Of a stretch of 64,000 nucleotides of DNA, positions 47,901 through 57,407 are shown one piece after another. The translations under genes were made by a program, and so were the position numbers. Source of the stretch: Deferribacterales bacterium (GTDB taxonomy: Bacteria > Chrysiogenota > Deferribacteres > Deferribacterales > Geovibrionaceae); assembly GCA_050251875.1 (NCBI GenBank), contig JBFWMA010000002.1, positions 1 through 64,000 of the forward strand. The letters run 5' to 3'. The notes beneath the pieces were generated by a model. The model made no database searches. It was not told the DNA's origin and worked only from the letters and a program-made list of their open reading frames with translations. Numbering within the stretch: the first letter of the stretch is position 1; every line of letters begins with the position of its first letter.

Positions 47901-47943
47901 GCAGTATTATGAAAGACAGCAGGGCGGTTTTAGCGTTTTTCAT
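44914..47943 (-). CDS. large secreted multidomain hypothetical protein
   Basis: Signal peptide, two Ig-like repeats, Pro/Gln linker. Confidence 0.8.
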   Translation of the reverse strand: MKNAKTALLSFIILLLSFQGYCAGSDYSDLTEVLKTFQDSRLTRDLKNSADKNAQRTFTKTLENNVYKPADAETVKYISDLPEYEGKRIITHDFRTPGADGSSVNTDRDVRILAEVEPGRWAEVPADKWKDVYYKEFAKRTGYSSDDRQKIQEHAEKFRQLATDSFHMEASHDYSDQNLKNSADRIKVTQKADGRISVESVPNIVKVKSGQGTLADAESMSMMYFHKSWEQLSRVDSAENISQKNMHTAEGLAQMKKGMETLESVRASYEKQGYDVGRLPENFARAAEIIMSVDGSSSTDVEAVARNLQEYGFKNPADLAEYMRGQTESLKLAQKKIPSSPKISLETAGNIAGFAGNLMSINQRLKEAEQGNHLFWNFDKTDSNTEKIMKAAAVAAVELMPIPLIDALERGWDVGERADKYMEYFRKELERGETDWQVHPAFVMFAMTSTVTAETVASMTVEPLVSGAQAVSEGVKTVRDVSNNFLGDFEREKSMELQREKMTDARDRIRTIDMGEIRGFRGGLNGRSLYDEADYGETLAFQIDRNSKWESGYFTIWELKLPDGRSITMKDRTSASMPDSASVIFAMPDGMPSGQYSAVVRVFETDSLLQADWREKKFRLTDSAGIGSIASFTGHFPESGGKILSGTAKPGDVLAFRAAKNGDWDKYEVQWLVNGELYKKTNGKDPKANVLRFGTDGMSNGEYEVTLRLIDVSGTVRRIAAFSRTKFEIDDKKPPKTETAKQAEQPKPVIEPKTITQAPIPAPAPVQTPAQVQSVPAQTAQSDYASQGRARWSAMAENILNNTIDPCYRQNAPQAYDKIRKLLLNSDMDYDSIGRKTRPELDAFEKEQEKGVAQVIYKTIKGGGFNMECADKTLKKLADRGHISASELRQAQPKAQAQTIYWVVLEQSGSVSSGSFKSAYSAGIVTGKTPPKTGFFNRSSASPSHYNRSVKAYGTLSRQEAEKIAGDINSGRGSAVFARTSSDHIGIKWSGDPNTPLVTYGRGVMGAMK

Positions 47944-48709
47944 CAGCGTCCTCCCTGTCCCACTGCTTCAGCAGGGTCTGTATATAGTCTGCCTCGGCTT
48001 TGTCTTTGCTTTTTATATTCAGCAGTTTTTTCGCTACCTGTTTTTCTCCTGCGTGGCGTTTCAGAACCGCCAGAGCGATGGCAACTCCGTTTTTGTCAGG
48101 ATATTTTGTGCGCAGTAAGCCGAAATAGTCTGCGCCCGCCTTTACCCGTCCGTCCATCACATAACACAGGGCGAGAGGAGCGGTGTTGATGCCTGTCACC
48201 ATTGTTTCGCTTTCGTCAAAAAGCTGTTTATATACCTCTATGGCAGACCAGAACCTGCCCAGTTTCATCAGATTCTGCGCCAGAAGAAGCCTCGCAGGAG
48301 CGTTCGCCGGATCCAGCTCCGCCGCCTGAATCAGCAGATTGACAGCCAGCTCCAGTGACGCTTTGTCGGCGGAAAACTCTGAGTATATCTCTGCCAGAAG
48401 AACCTTCGGCTTGCTCCACTGAGGGCTCAGCTCGCATGCGGAGGCGGCGTTGTATATCGCTTTTTGCAGTGACGCTGTTTTTTTATTCCGGCGCCACTCA
48501 GCGTAGGCGTCTGCGGCTGTTCCGGCACGCAGAACCGCCAGCCGCTCATAGAGCAGAGGCGAGGGCGTTTTTCTTATCTGTTCGGATATCCGTCTGTCTT
48601 CACGCTCCTGAGCTGTTTCGGCGCAAAACACCGTTGCGGGCAGAAGAAACAGCGCCAGAAGAAGAGCCGTGAAAGCCAGTTTATTATGTTTAATGGTGTA
48701 AATATTCAT
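47930..48709 (-). CDS. secreted tetratricopeptide repeat protein
   Basis: Signal peptide; AAELDPANAPARLLLAQNLMKLGR TPR pattern. Confidence 0.8.
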   Translation of the reverse strand: MNIYTIKHNKLAFTALLLALFLLPATVFCAETAQEREDRRISEQIRKTPSPLLYERLAVLRAGTAADAYAEWRRNKKTASLQKAIYNAASACELSPQWSKPKVLLAEIYSEFSADKASLELAVNLLIQAAELDPANAPARLLLAQNLMKLGRFWSAIEVYKQLFDESETMVTGINTAPLALCYVMDGRVKAGADYFGLLRTKYPDKNGVAIALAVLKRHAGEKQVAKKLLNIKSKDKAEADYIQTLLKQWDREDADEKR

Positions 48710-48844
48710 GCTTCATATTAGCAAAAAAAATTAGCGTACGCTCATTTTTTTCCGTCACGGATATGTGAAAAGTACGGTTTTCGTTAAGTGATCAGATTCC
48801 GGGACGATGCAGTAAATAAGAAGAAATATTATTGGAGTCATTCT

Positions 48845-49915
48845 ATGCAGATCTCTGAGACCGGCAGTCTGAACACCATCACCGGCTCATCTTTCACACA
48901 TCAGCAGACCCCTAAAGGAATAGCTGAAAAAGCGGCGGATGAGTATATTTCGGGAATGTTCAGCACGCCGGAGACATATAATTCGTCAGGCACATTCGGT
49001 CCGGATATCACTACATCTATGATATCCGCCGATAACGCTCTGGATAATTTCAAAGAGATCTTCGGCACGGAAGAAACCACGGCGGAAAACGACAACAGCG
49101 AGTCCGCAGCGGAAATCCGGGACAAAATTCTGAACTCTGCCGCCGGAACAGACAGCTCATTCATGGCTTCAGACCGGGATGACAGTATGCTGGTGGAAGA
49201 CGTCTCCGGCGTGACTATCAATACCAAAGAGGGCGATGATAAAATATTTCTGAATGACGCTGACGGCGTGGCGCTCAATATGGGCGATGGAGACGATCAG
49301 ATTTCGATGAATGATACCGTCAAGAATGCCTCCGCAAATATGGGTGACGGGGACGACACGGTGAATATATACGGCGCTGAAGGCGTTGTGGTCTCCGGCG
49401 ACACAGGAAGCGACACCATAAATGTGGAGAGTGGAGAGGACGTGTATATCAGCGGCGGAGCAGGAAACGATATAATAAATGTTACCCAGGCGACCAACCT
49501 CTCGATAGACGGCGGGGACGGTGACGACCAGATCATTCTGAAAGCCGGACAGTACGGAACCATCTCCGGAGGCAGCGGAAGCGATGTGATAACCGGAGCC
49601 GGAAATATATCCGGTGGCACAGGTGACGATTTTATCAGTCTGGAACGGGCTTTCTCCACGGAAACCTATTCTATGGTGCAGACCCGAGTGACATATAATA
49701 AAGGTGACGGACACGACATTGTGACCGGAGCTGACGAGAACACCACCATCGTGATGAACGGTATGTCGTCTGATGATGTCGAAATCAAGGAAGAGGTCGG
49801 CGAATCCGGCAAAAGAGAAAAAGTAATCTCTATGAAAGACGGTTCAGGAAGCATCCGTGTGCGTGGCGGTTCCGGAGCAAAGCTGGAATTCACTGACGGC
49901 ACCGTGACACTTTAA
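48845..49915 (+). CDS. calcium-binding RTX-like repeat protein
   Basis: Repeated GGxGxD motifs (GGAGND, GGDGDD, GGSGSD, GGTGDD), YNKGDGHD; ATG 48845 after GGAG. Confidence 0.85.
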   Translation: MQISETGSLNTITGSSFTHQQTPKGIAEKAADEYISGMFSTPETYNSSGTFGPDITTSMISADNALDNFKEIFGTEETTAENDNSESAAEIRDKILNSAAGTDSSFMASDRDDSMLVEDVSGVTINTKEGDDKIFLNDADGVALNMGDGDDQISMNDTVKNASANMGDGDDTVNIYGAEGVVVSGDTGSDTINVESGEDVYISGGAGNDIINVTQATNLSIDGGDGDDQIILKAGQYGTISGGSGSDVITGAGNISGGTGDDFISLERAFSTETYSMVQTRVTYNKGDGHDIVTGADENTTIVMNGMSSDDVEIKEEVGESGKREKVISMKDGSGSIRVRGGSGAKLEFTDGTVTL

Positions 49916-50015
49916 CCTTTCTAAAATCTATTCTATGATAAGTATATTCAAAAACTAACCATAACGGACATCCCGCGGCGATATATGTGCTATAATACTA
50001 TAACAGGCAAAATTT

Positions 50016-52565
50016 ATGAGTATTATAAAACGGTTTATATCATTCATTCCTTATGCGGTGTTTATTCTGATTATGTTGACCGCTATTTTTCTGTTCAGAG
50101 ATCAGGAGAAACTTCTTAATACTCAAATCAACAGCAATATCAAATATATAGCCAGAGAGATAACAGGCAAGACCGCCAGCCGCATGAAATCATATGAGCA
50201 GGTGCTGAGAGGGATAAAAGGTCTGTATGTTTCTAAGAACTATAATATATCCAGACACGAACTGCTGGAATACGCCGCTCAGCTCGACATGGAAAAGAAT
50301 CTGCCGGGGGTGCAGGCGGTGGGGTTCTCCAGCTATATTTCGGCGGATCATGTGAAAGAACACACACAGCACGCCATAGCTGACGGATATCCGTCATACG
50401 CTCTGCGTTCAGATTCTGATAAATCTCACTATATAGCGGTGGATATTATGTATCCGGACACCGAGGAGAACAGGCGGGTTTACGGCTTTGACCTGTCCAG
50501 CGAGCCAGTCCGGGCGCAGATGCTTCGGTATGCGGTCAGCTCCCGCACCACCGGACTCTCCGGGAAAATAGTGCTGAAACAGGAGCTGACGGACAAAAAC
50601 GCTCCGGCAGGGGTGCTGATGTCTGTCCCTGTTTTTCGAAATGATGAGCTGTTCGGGGTTATATCCGCTCCTTTCCGCATCAATGACCTGATATTCGGGA
50701 TATTCAGAGGCGATATGAAAGATCTCGCCGTCAGAATATATGATTCAGCCGTTGGTCCTGATAACATCCTTTACGAGACAGATAACTATAATGATAAAGT
50801 CCAGGGGCATACTCTCACTCTGCCCATAGAGATGTACGGCAGGGTATGGATAATTGAGGCTGACGCCACGGCGCAGTATCTTTCTCAGTTTGATAACAGC
50901 AAGCCTTATGTGATTTTCGCAGGCGTGTTTGTGATCGGTCTTCTGCTGAGCATGCTGTCGCAGATACTTCTTGTCACCAGAAACAAGACATACGCCATGG
51001 CAAAGAGGATCGCCAACAGGCTTCTGGAGAGCGAGAACAGATTTCATAAAACATTCGAGCAGGCATCAGTGGGTATTGTCATCACATCTCTGGATCTGAG
51101 GATAATGAGCACCAACAGCTCGTTCAGAGATATTATAAGGTGTTCGGAGGCGGACGCCGCCGGAAGGGTTCTGACGGACTTTATAGCCGGCTCGGACAGG
51201 GCAGAGGTGGAGAAAAACTTTCAGCAGATGGCGGAAGGCAGACTGAAAGGGTATAAAACCGAGAAAAGAATAGTCTCCAGAACCAACGGTGAAAAATGGG
51301 CGGAGATAAACGCCTCTGTTTATTTCGACACCAACGGCGTGGCGAGATATCTTATATTCGTCATTCAGGATATATCACGCAGAAAGACAGCCGAGGAGTC
51401 TCTGCTGGAGCTGAGCATGCAGCAGGCGGCGATCCTGAACAACTCTCTCACCGCCATTATGAAAGTGCGCAACAGAAAGGTGGAATGGGTCAACAAAGCC
51501 TTTGAGGATATTTTCGGATACAGCAACGCCGAGATGATAGGCAACTCCACCAGTATCCTGCATATGTCCGACACTGAATATGAACAGTTCGGGCGGGATG
51601 TGGACAACTATGAAAAAATGCTGAAAGAGGGCTATGCGCAGACTCAGGTGGAGATGGTGAGGAAAGACGGCTCGTCCATCTGGGTAGACATCTCCGGAAA
51701 ACTGATAGGTCAGACGCCGGAATCCTCTTCTATCTGGGTTATGAATGATGTCACATCCAAAAAAGAGGCGCAGGACGAGCTGATCGACCTGAACGCTAAT
51801 CTGGAATGTAAAGTCGTGGAGGAGATACAGAAGAGGATAGAGCAGGAAAGGCTGTTTATGCAGCAGGGCAGGATGGCGGCGATGGGCGAGATGATCGGCG
51901 CTATAGCCCACCAGTGGAGACAGCCGCTGAACATTGTGTCTCTGGTGGTGCAGAATATATCTGATGATTTTAACGACAGCTCGCTGACGAAAGAGACAAT
52001 GGCGGAATATCTGGAAAATGTTCTGGAACAGCTCCAGCATATGTCATGTACCATTGACGATTTCAGGAATTTCTTTCAGATAGCCAAAGACAACGAGGAG
52101 TTTGATCCGGCGTATCAGGTTATCAGGGTGCTTCAGCTTATTAACGCCCAGCTCAGGGCGCACGATATAAAAGTGAACGTGACACAGGGAGCGCCCTGCG
52201 CCATATCCGGCATACCAAATGAGCTGTCTCAGGTTATGCTTAATGTCATCAACAACTCAAAAGACGCTTTCATGGCGAACGGAATCAGCGGTCCCCGCAT
52301 AGAAATAAGTGTCGGGCGCGAGGAGCGTGAGGCAGTCATCAGGATTCTGGACAATGGCGGAGGCATCCCCGACAGCATCAAAGACAGAATTTTCGACCCC
52401 TATTTCACCACCAAAAGAAAAGATATCGGCACCGGAATAGGGCTCTATATGAGCAAGATGATAATCAACGATCATTTCAGGGGTACTATCGATTTCGAGA
52501 ATAAACACGGCGGGGTGGAGTTCGTCATCAGAATACCGGTCTCCGCTAAGGGAGATCCCGCCTAG
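50016..52565 (+). CDS. CHASE-PAS-PAS sensor histidine kinase
   Basis: YGFDLSSEPVR (CHASE), IAHQWRQPL, DNGGG, FTTK, GTGIGL. Confidence 0.9.
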   Translation: MSIIKRFISFIPYAVFILIMLTAIFLFRDQEKLLNTQINSNIKYIAREITGKTASRMKSYEQVLRGIKGLYVSKNYNISRHELLEYAAQLDMEKNLPGVQAVGFSSYISADHVKEHTQHAIADGYPSYALRSDSDKSHYIAVDIMYPDTEENRRVYGFDLSSEPVRAQMLRYAVSSRTTGLSGKIVLKQELTDKNAPAGVLMSVPVFRNDELFGVISAPFRINDLIFGIFRGDMKDLAVRIYDSAVGPDNILYETDNYNDKVQGHTLTLPIEMYGRVWIIEADATAQYLSQFDNSKPYVIFAGVFVIGLLLSMLSQILLVTRNKTYAMAKRIANRLLESENRFHKTFEQASVGIVITSLDLRIMSTNSSFRDIIRCSEADAAGRVLTDFIAGSDRAEVEKNFQQMAEGRLKGYKTEKRIVSRTNGEKWAEINASVYFDTNGVARYLIFVIQDISRRKTAEESLLELSMQQAAILNNSLTAIMKVRNRKVEWVNKAFEDIFGYSNAEMIGNSTSILHMSDTEYEQFGRDVDNYEKMLKEGYAQTQVEMVRKDGSSIWVDISGKLIGQTPESSSIWVMNDVTSKKEAQDELIDLNANLECKVVEEIQKRIEQERLFMQQGRMAAMGEMIGAIAHQWRQPLNIVSLVVQNISDDFNDSSLTKETMAEYLENVLEQLQHMSCTIDDFRNFFQIAKDNEEFDPAYQVIRVLQLINAQLRAHDIKVNVTQGAPCAISGIPNELSQVMLNVINNSKDAFMANGISGPRIEISVGREEREAVIRILDNGGGIPDSIKDRIFDPYFTTKRKDIGTGIGLYMSKMIINDHFRGTIDFENKHGGVEFVIRIPVSAKGDPA

Positions 52566-53461
52566 GAGTGTTTCAGCGCCTCTTTGATTCCGAGACTGCC
52601 CAGAAACTCTTTCAGTATCCTGGTCTGATATTTTTCTCTGTGAACGGCTATATGAAACTTTCTGCGCAGATCGAGAAACGGCGTATCCAGTATTTTTATC
52701 TTTCCTGAGTTTTCCATATCAGTCAGAACATATCTGGAGAGGCATCCCACAACGCCACCTTTTGCCACGGCGTTTTTCACCGCTTCGTTGTGCTCCATTT
52801 CCAGCATCACGTTCACCTTCATTGACGCTGTTTTGAACTGAGTCTCCAGAACACGTCTGGAGCCGGCGCCCGGTTCTCTCATTATCCAGTCGCAGTTTTG
52901 CAGATCGTCTATGGTTACGGCGTCCTGCTGTGCCAGCGGATGAGTGACGGAGACGAATATAGCCAGCTCGTCATCCAGCCAGGGGATGAGGTCTATCACT
53001 GGCTGACAGCAGCATTTTTCTATAATGCCCACGTCCACTTCAAATTTGATTACTTTGTCTATGGTCTCTTCGCTGTTGCCTATGTTCAGATAGATGTTGC
53101 TCATTCTGTTTACGTTGATGAAGTTCGTGATGTATTCAGGCAGAACATAGTTAGCTATGGACGGGATAGTTCCGATGGACAGATTGCCGCACATGCAGGG
53201 TTTGTCAGAGAAAAAGTTGACAAGCTCGCAGGCTTTGGAGAGCAGTTCGGCTGTGGTTTCCAGAATGGCGCTGCCTCGCTCGTTCAGGACGAGCTTTTTG
53301 CCGTTGCGCTCAAAAAGCCTCTCGCCGAGCTGATCCTCAAATCCTTTCAGAGCCATGCTCGCGGCGGCTTGCGTTATACATAATTTTTCTGCGGCCTGGG
53401 ACAGACTACCGAGTTTGGCCGTGTAATAAAAAGCCTCGATCTGTCTGATAGATATGTTCAT
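52562..53461 (-). CDS. LysR family regulator (YeiE/CysL-like)
   Basis: N-terminal HTH; WIMREPGAGSR. Confidence 0.88.
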   Translation of the reverse strand: MNISIRQIEAFYYTAKLGSLSQAAEKLCITQAAASMALKGFEDQLGERLFERNGKKLVLNERGSAILETTAELLSKACELVNFFSDKPCMCGNLSIGTIPSIANYVLPEYITNFINVNRMSNIYLNIGNSEETIDKVIKFEVDVGIIEKCCCQPVIDLIPWLDDELAIFVSVTHPLAQQDAVTIDDLQNCDWIMREPGAGSRRVLETQFKTASMKVNVMLEMEHNEAVKNAVAKGGVVGCLSRYVLTDMENSGKIKILDTPFLDLRRKFHIAVHREKYQTRILKEFLGSLGIKEALKHS

Positions 53462-53478
53462 ATAAGAAACCCTTATAT
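53460..53478. promoter_or_regulatory. putative LysR box overlapping its own start codon
   Basis: Perfect inverted repeat ATATAAG-AAACC-CTTATAT (contains T-N11-A). Confidence 0.6.
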
Positions 53479-53758
53479 GGTACTAAAGTATTATTGAAAC
53501 TGTTTGCTTATTTATAGTGGTATTGTTTGATTATTGCAAGTGTAATTTAACCATATCAGAACTTATGAGCTCTGTTTATGAAGGAAATTGAATATATAAG
53601 ATGTTATAAATAATACTTTTTTCGTGTGTTAATACTAAAAGTGGCTGTTTAACAATAATATTACTTTTAGTGAACAGAACCTATGTTGATTAAGGCCAAT
53701 AGCAACCAGTTAATTTTATATTAGTAAATGGCATAACTTTATTATTTGGAGGTAGCAG

Positions 53759-54796
53759 ATGAAAAAGTTGAACAGGAGAGATTTTATCAAAGGAGCGGCT
53801 GTTCTGTCCGGTGTCGCGATGTGCGGCGCGGCAAACACAGCCTTAGCATCTGAGACAGAACCGGAAGCCGGGCAGGCAAAAGGCGACATTCCGTCTCTGC
53901 CCTGGGGATATCAGGAGCTCGACCCTGAATACGTCAGGAAGCTGGGTCACCTCGGATATTATCTTGAAGAGTGCGGGGGAGGATGTTTCTGGGCTATCAT
54001 GACAGCGCTGAAAGAGAAGGTCGGATATCCATATACTCAGATACCTCTGCCTACCCCTGAACAGTTCATAGAATTTCTGAAAAATCCTGAAAGCAAACAG
54101 CACTATCAGGTTCCCATGCAGTACGGCGTGGGCGGCGTGGCTAACTTCGGCTCTCTCTGCGGAGCGCCCAACGGTGCGGCGTCAGCCATCACATACGCTA
54201 TGCCTTTTGATCAGGCGAAAGATATCATCCCCAGACTCCTCAGATATTATGAGGTGGAGACATTCCCCACTGACGAGTCTAACAAATATGCCGTGAACGG
54301 CGAGTTCCTCGTGCCCAAAATGAAGAGCAGCAAAGCTCTGCTCCAGTCTGCCAGCGACTCTGTTCTCTGCCACGTCAGCGTGGGCAAATGGTGCGAAAAA
54401 TCCGGCTATGCCAGCGGATCAAAAGAGAGATCAGAGAGATGCGGAAGAATCACAGGCGATATAGCCGCCATGGCTGTAAAACTGATGAACGCCTCCATGA
54501 AAGGCGAGCTGGAATCAGTCTTCCCTATGAAGCTGTCACAGGAAACAGCCGGATGCCGTTCCTGCCACTCTAAGGGTGAGAAGTTCGAATCCGGACAGTT
54601 CACCAGAGGATTCATGGACTGCGGAAGCTGCCACGATGTGAAGATGGAACCGCACAAAGGTACTAACAAGCTCCAGACAGCTTACGGAGCGGATGTCGGC
54701 ACATGGGCGGGAGCCGCAGTGGTGGGCACCATCGCCGGAATAGGAGCGCACGCCGTGAACAAACGTATCACCAAGGGGAAAGATGATGAAGAATAA
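53759..54796 (+). CDS. Tat-exported C-GCAxxG-C-C family / split-Soret-type cytochrome c
   Basis: NRRDFIK; CGGGC, GSLCGAPNG, LCHVSV..WC, ERCG; CRSCH and CGSCH; C-terminal hydrophobic anchor. Confidence 0.78.
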   Translation: MKKLNRRDFIKGAAVLSGVAMCGAANTALASETEPEAGQAKGDIPSLPWGYQELDPEYVRKLGHLGYYLEECGGGCFWAIMTALKEKVGYPYTQIPLPTPEQFIEFLKNPESKQHYQVPMQYGVGGVANFGSLCGAPNGAASAITYAMPFDQAKDIIPRLLRYYEVETFPTDESNKYAVNGEFLVPKMKSSKALLQSASDSVLCHVSVGKWCEKSGYASGSKERSERCGRITGDIAAMAVKLMNASMKGELESVFPMKLSQETAGCRSCHSKGEKFESGQFTRGFMDCGSCHDVKMEPHKGTNKLQTAYGADVGTWAGAAVVGTIAGIGAHAVNKRITKGKDDEE

Positions 54797-55451
54797 TACA
54801 GTAACTGTAAAAAGGCACAGCCTGCTATACAGGATCCTGCACTGGGCTATTGTGGCGGAGGTTCTGCTTCTGCTTCTGTCCGGTTTCGGGGTCAGCGAGT
54901 ATCTCAGCCTCTCCGTGATAGGCAGAGGGGCGGCGAGGAGCTTTCATATAGTCCTCGGGATGCTCTGGGTATCAACCATCAGCTTCTTTGTTTATTATTT
55001 TATCATAAGCGGTGAATATAAATGGTTCGGTCTGTCCCGGGTGGGGATGGCGTTTGACTTCTTCATGCACGAGGTAAAGTGCTTTGTGGAGGGCAAACAG
55101 GTTCACAGCCCCGTACAGTACAACGCTGAAAAGAAAAAATATGTAGAAAAGATAGTTCCCACGGAAGTGATAGCCTGGTGGGGCTGGTTCTTCCTGTGGA
55201 CGCTGATGGTTCTGACCGGTCTGGCTCTTGTTTTTCCCGCCGGATTCGGTCTTGTTGTCAGATTCAGCGGAGCTCTGATGCCCGGATTCGAGAGCGGCGC
55301 CGCTGCAACCAGATTCCTGCACATCTCTCTGTCTCTGGTAATGGTTGTATACGCCATAATCCATGCCTATGCCTCATATATCTTCGGCATGGTCGGCTCT
55401 ATGTTCTCGGGAGTAAAACAGGAACCCGTGGCTGAATCAAAAGATTCATAA
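54783..55451 (+). CDS. membrane cytochrome b (FdnI/PhsC-like)
   Basis: Four TM segments with His (RILHW, SFHI, FLHI, IHAY). Confidence 0.8.
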   Translation: MMKNNTVTVKRHSLLYRILHWAIVAEVLLLLLSGFGVSEYLSLSVIGRGAARSFHIVLGMLWVSTISFFVYYFIISGEYKWFGLSRVGMAFDFFMHEVKCFVEGKQVHSPVQYNAEKKKYVEKIVPTEVIAWWGWFFLWTLMVLTGLALVFPAGFGLVVRFSGALMPGFESGAAATRFLHISLSLVMVVYAIIHAYASYIFGMVGSMFSGVKQEPVAESKDS

Positions 55452-55470
55452 CGACCCCCGTACCATACAT

Positions 55471-55513
55471 AAAAAACCCGGTCTTCTGCTCTGCGCTCTG
55501 ACCGGGTTTTTTT
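55471..55513. terminator. bidirectional terminator
   Basis: AAAAAACCCGGTC...GACCGGGTTTTTT. Confidence 0.8.
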
Positions 55514-57174
55514 TATCTGGTGATATATTCCGAACAGCCGCCGCCAGACTGGCTGTCGTCCATGCCGTAGCTTTTCAGCTTGCGGTAGAGGGTGGCGATG
55601 CCGATGCCTAGAATGTCCGCCGTCTGTTTTTTGTCGCCTTTCGTCATTTTCAGCGTTCTTTCTATGTGGTCCTTCTCCAGCTCTTCCAGAGTTCTGATCC
55701 TGTCATGATCCCTGCCGGAGCACATGGACTCCTGAATCTCCTGAGGCAGGTCGATGCACTCTATCGTGCCGCTGTCGCACAGGGCGCACGCTCTCTGGAC
55801 AACATTTTTCAGCTCTCTGACGTTGCCGGGCCAGTCGTATGAGAGCATGCACTGGCAGGCGTCCGGCGACAGACCTGTCACCTTCGTTCCCATCTCCTGA
55901 GAAGCCTGCTTCAGAAAGCTGTATGCCATGGGCAGAATATCCTCCGATCTGGATTTCAGCGGGGGGATTTTCAGCTCTATTACTTTCAGGCGGTAAAAGA
56001 GATCCCGGCGGAAATTTCCTTTTGTAATCTCGTCCTCCAGACATTTGTTGGTGGCGGAGATTATTCTGACATTGACTTTTCTGGGCGTATTTTCGCCTAT
56101 CCGCCTTATCTCTTTCTCCTGTATGAACCGGAGCAGTTTCACCTGCATGCTGGGGGTGGTTTCGCCTATCTCGTCCAGAAAGAGGGTGCCTCCGTTCGCC
56201 TCCTCTATCAGCCCTTTGTGTTCCCTGTCCGCTCCGGTGAAAGCGCCCTTAACATGCCCGAACAGTTCTGATTCCAGAAGCGTGTCGGAGAAAGCGCCGC
56301 AGTTCACCGCTATGAACGGTTTGGTGTTCTGCTTGGAACAGGTGTGGATGTATCTGGCGAGAAGCTCCTTTCCCACGCCGCTTTCGCCTGTTATCAGCAC
56401 GGAGGTATCAACCTTGCCGGTTCGCTCCGCCAGATTAATCAGGTCGGTCATGGGTTTGCTCCGCACCACCATACCGTCCAGAGCCTTCTTCTTCAGCTCC
56501 ACGTTTTTCAGGCTGAACAGGCTCTTTTTGAGTTTCTTTTCGGTATGTTTTATCTGTTCAGAGAGCTCTTTCAGTATGTCGTTGGTGGATTCCATACCAT
56601 AAAACGGAAGCTCGCTTTTGATCCTGTCGCCCCATTTGTCGGCGAACCGACCCTCTATTTCGCAGTGTTCGTCACCTTTGGCTATGCATTTTGTCTCTAT
56701 GAAATACACGTCTTTGTTGTGTTTGAATGATTCGTATCCGCTGGCGAATCCGGTGAGCGTCCAGCAGATGGATTCCTCCGACAGACCGAAGTGCAGAAGA
56801 TGCTGTTCCGCCTCGTATGAATGGTGGATGATGGACTTGATAAGCGGCTCATCCCCGGAACCGTAAGATTCCGACAGCTTGGTGGTGATGAAAAGCCCGT
56901 ACAGTTTATGGAGCGAAGCACCGCCCACCGGGCTGTTCAGCAGAGACGGCATCCTCTTGCTCAGCATCTCCGCCGTTCTCCATCCGTGGGCGTATCCGTA
57001 TCTTGTCAGGACGTTTTTAGCCCCGTATTTTCCGAAAATTTGTATCAGCTCTCTCCTCAGCAGACCTTCAGAGACGCTGTCGTTTATCAGCACCCGCTGA
57101 TCCAGCAGGAACAATGTTTCAGACGTAGGATCGACCTGAAGCATATCGCTGATGTTCATCTTGGCTATATCCAT
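55513..57174 (-). CDS. XylR/DmpR-type sigma54 activator (XylR_N-V4R-AAA-HTH)
   Basis: CWTLTGFASGY, C...GDEHC (V4R), GESGVGKE, GAFTGA, WPGNVREL. Confidence 0.92.
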   Translation of the reverse strand: MDIAKMNISDMLQVDPTSETLFLLDQRVLINDSVSEGLLRRELIQIFGKYGAKNVLTRYGYAHGWRTAEMLSKRMPSLLNSPVGGASLHKLYGLFITTKLSESYGSGDEPLIKSIIHHSYEAEQHLLHFGLSEESICWTLTGFASGYESFKHNKDVYFIETKCIAKGDEHCEIEGRFADKWGDRIKSELPFYGMESTNDILKELSEQIKHTEKKLKKSLFSLKNVELKKKALDGMVVRSKPMTDLINLAERTGKVDTSVLITGESGVGKELLARYIHTCSKQNTKPFIAVNCGAFSDTLLESELFGHVKGAFTGADREHKGLIEEANGGTLFLDEIGETTPSMQVKLLRFIQEKEIRRIGENTPRKVNVRIISATNKCLEDEITKGNFRRDLFYRLKVIELKIPPLKSRSEDILPMAYSFLKQASQEMGTKVTGLSPDACQCMLSYDWPGNVRELKNVVQRACALCDSGTIECIDLPQEIQESMCSGRDHDRIRTLEELEKDHIERTLKMTKGDKKQTADILGIGIATLYRKLKSYGMDDSQSGGGCSEYITR

Positions 57175-57237
57175 AATTTTCTCCTGTGCCGTCTGTATTA
57201 ATTATGTGCTCTTTTACCGTGAAATATCAAGCGAGAT

Positions 57238-57271
57238 TATCATTTTGATATTCATATGTATCATAATGATA
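57238..57271. promoter_or_regulatory. tandem enhancer (UAS) palindromes
   Basis: TATCA-N3-TGATA at 57238 and 57259 (21 bp apart); IHF-like TATCAGTAACTTA at 57308-57320. Confidence 0.65.
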
Positions 57272-57335
57272 TTTTGTTGAGAAAAGTTCTTTTTGTGATT
57301 CCTTATTTATCAGTAACTTATGAATTATCAAAAAT

Positions 57336-57351
57336 TGGCACGCCTGTTGCA
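57336..57351 (+). promoter_or_regulatory. sigma54 -24/-12 promoter
   Basis: TGGCAC-N5-TTGCA consensus. Confidence 0.88.
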
Positions 57352-57407
57352 GTACAGGAAGCATGAGAACGAAGGGACCATCCCTAATATGCTATAAGGA
57401 GAGAAAG

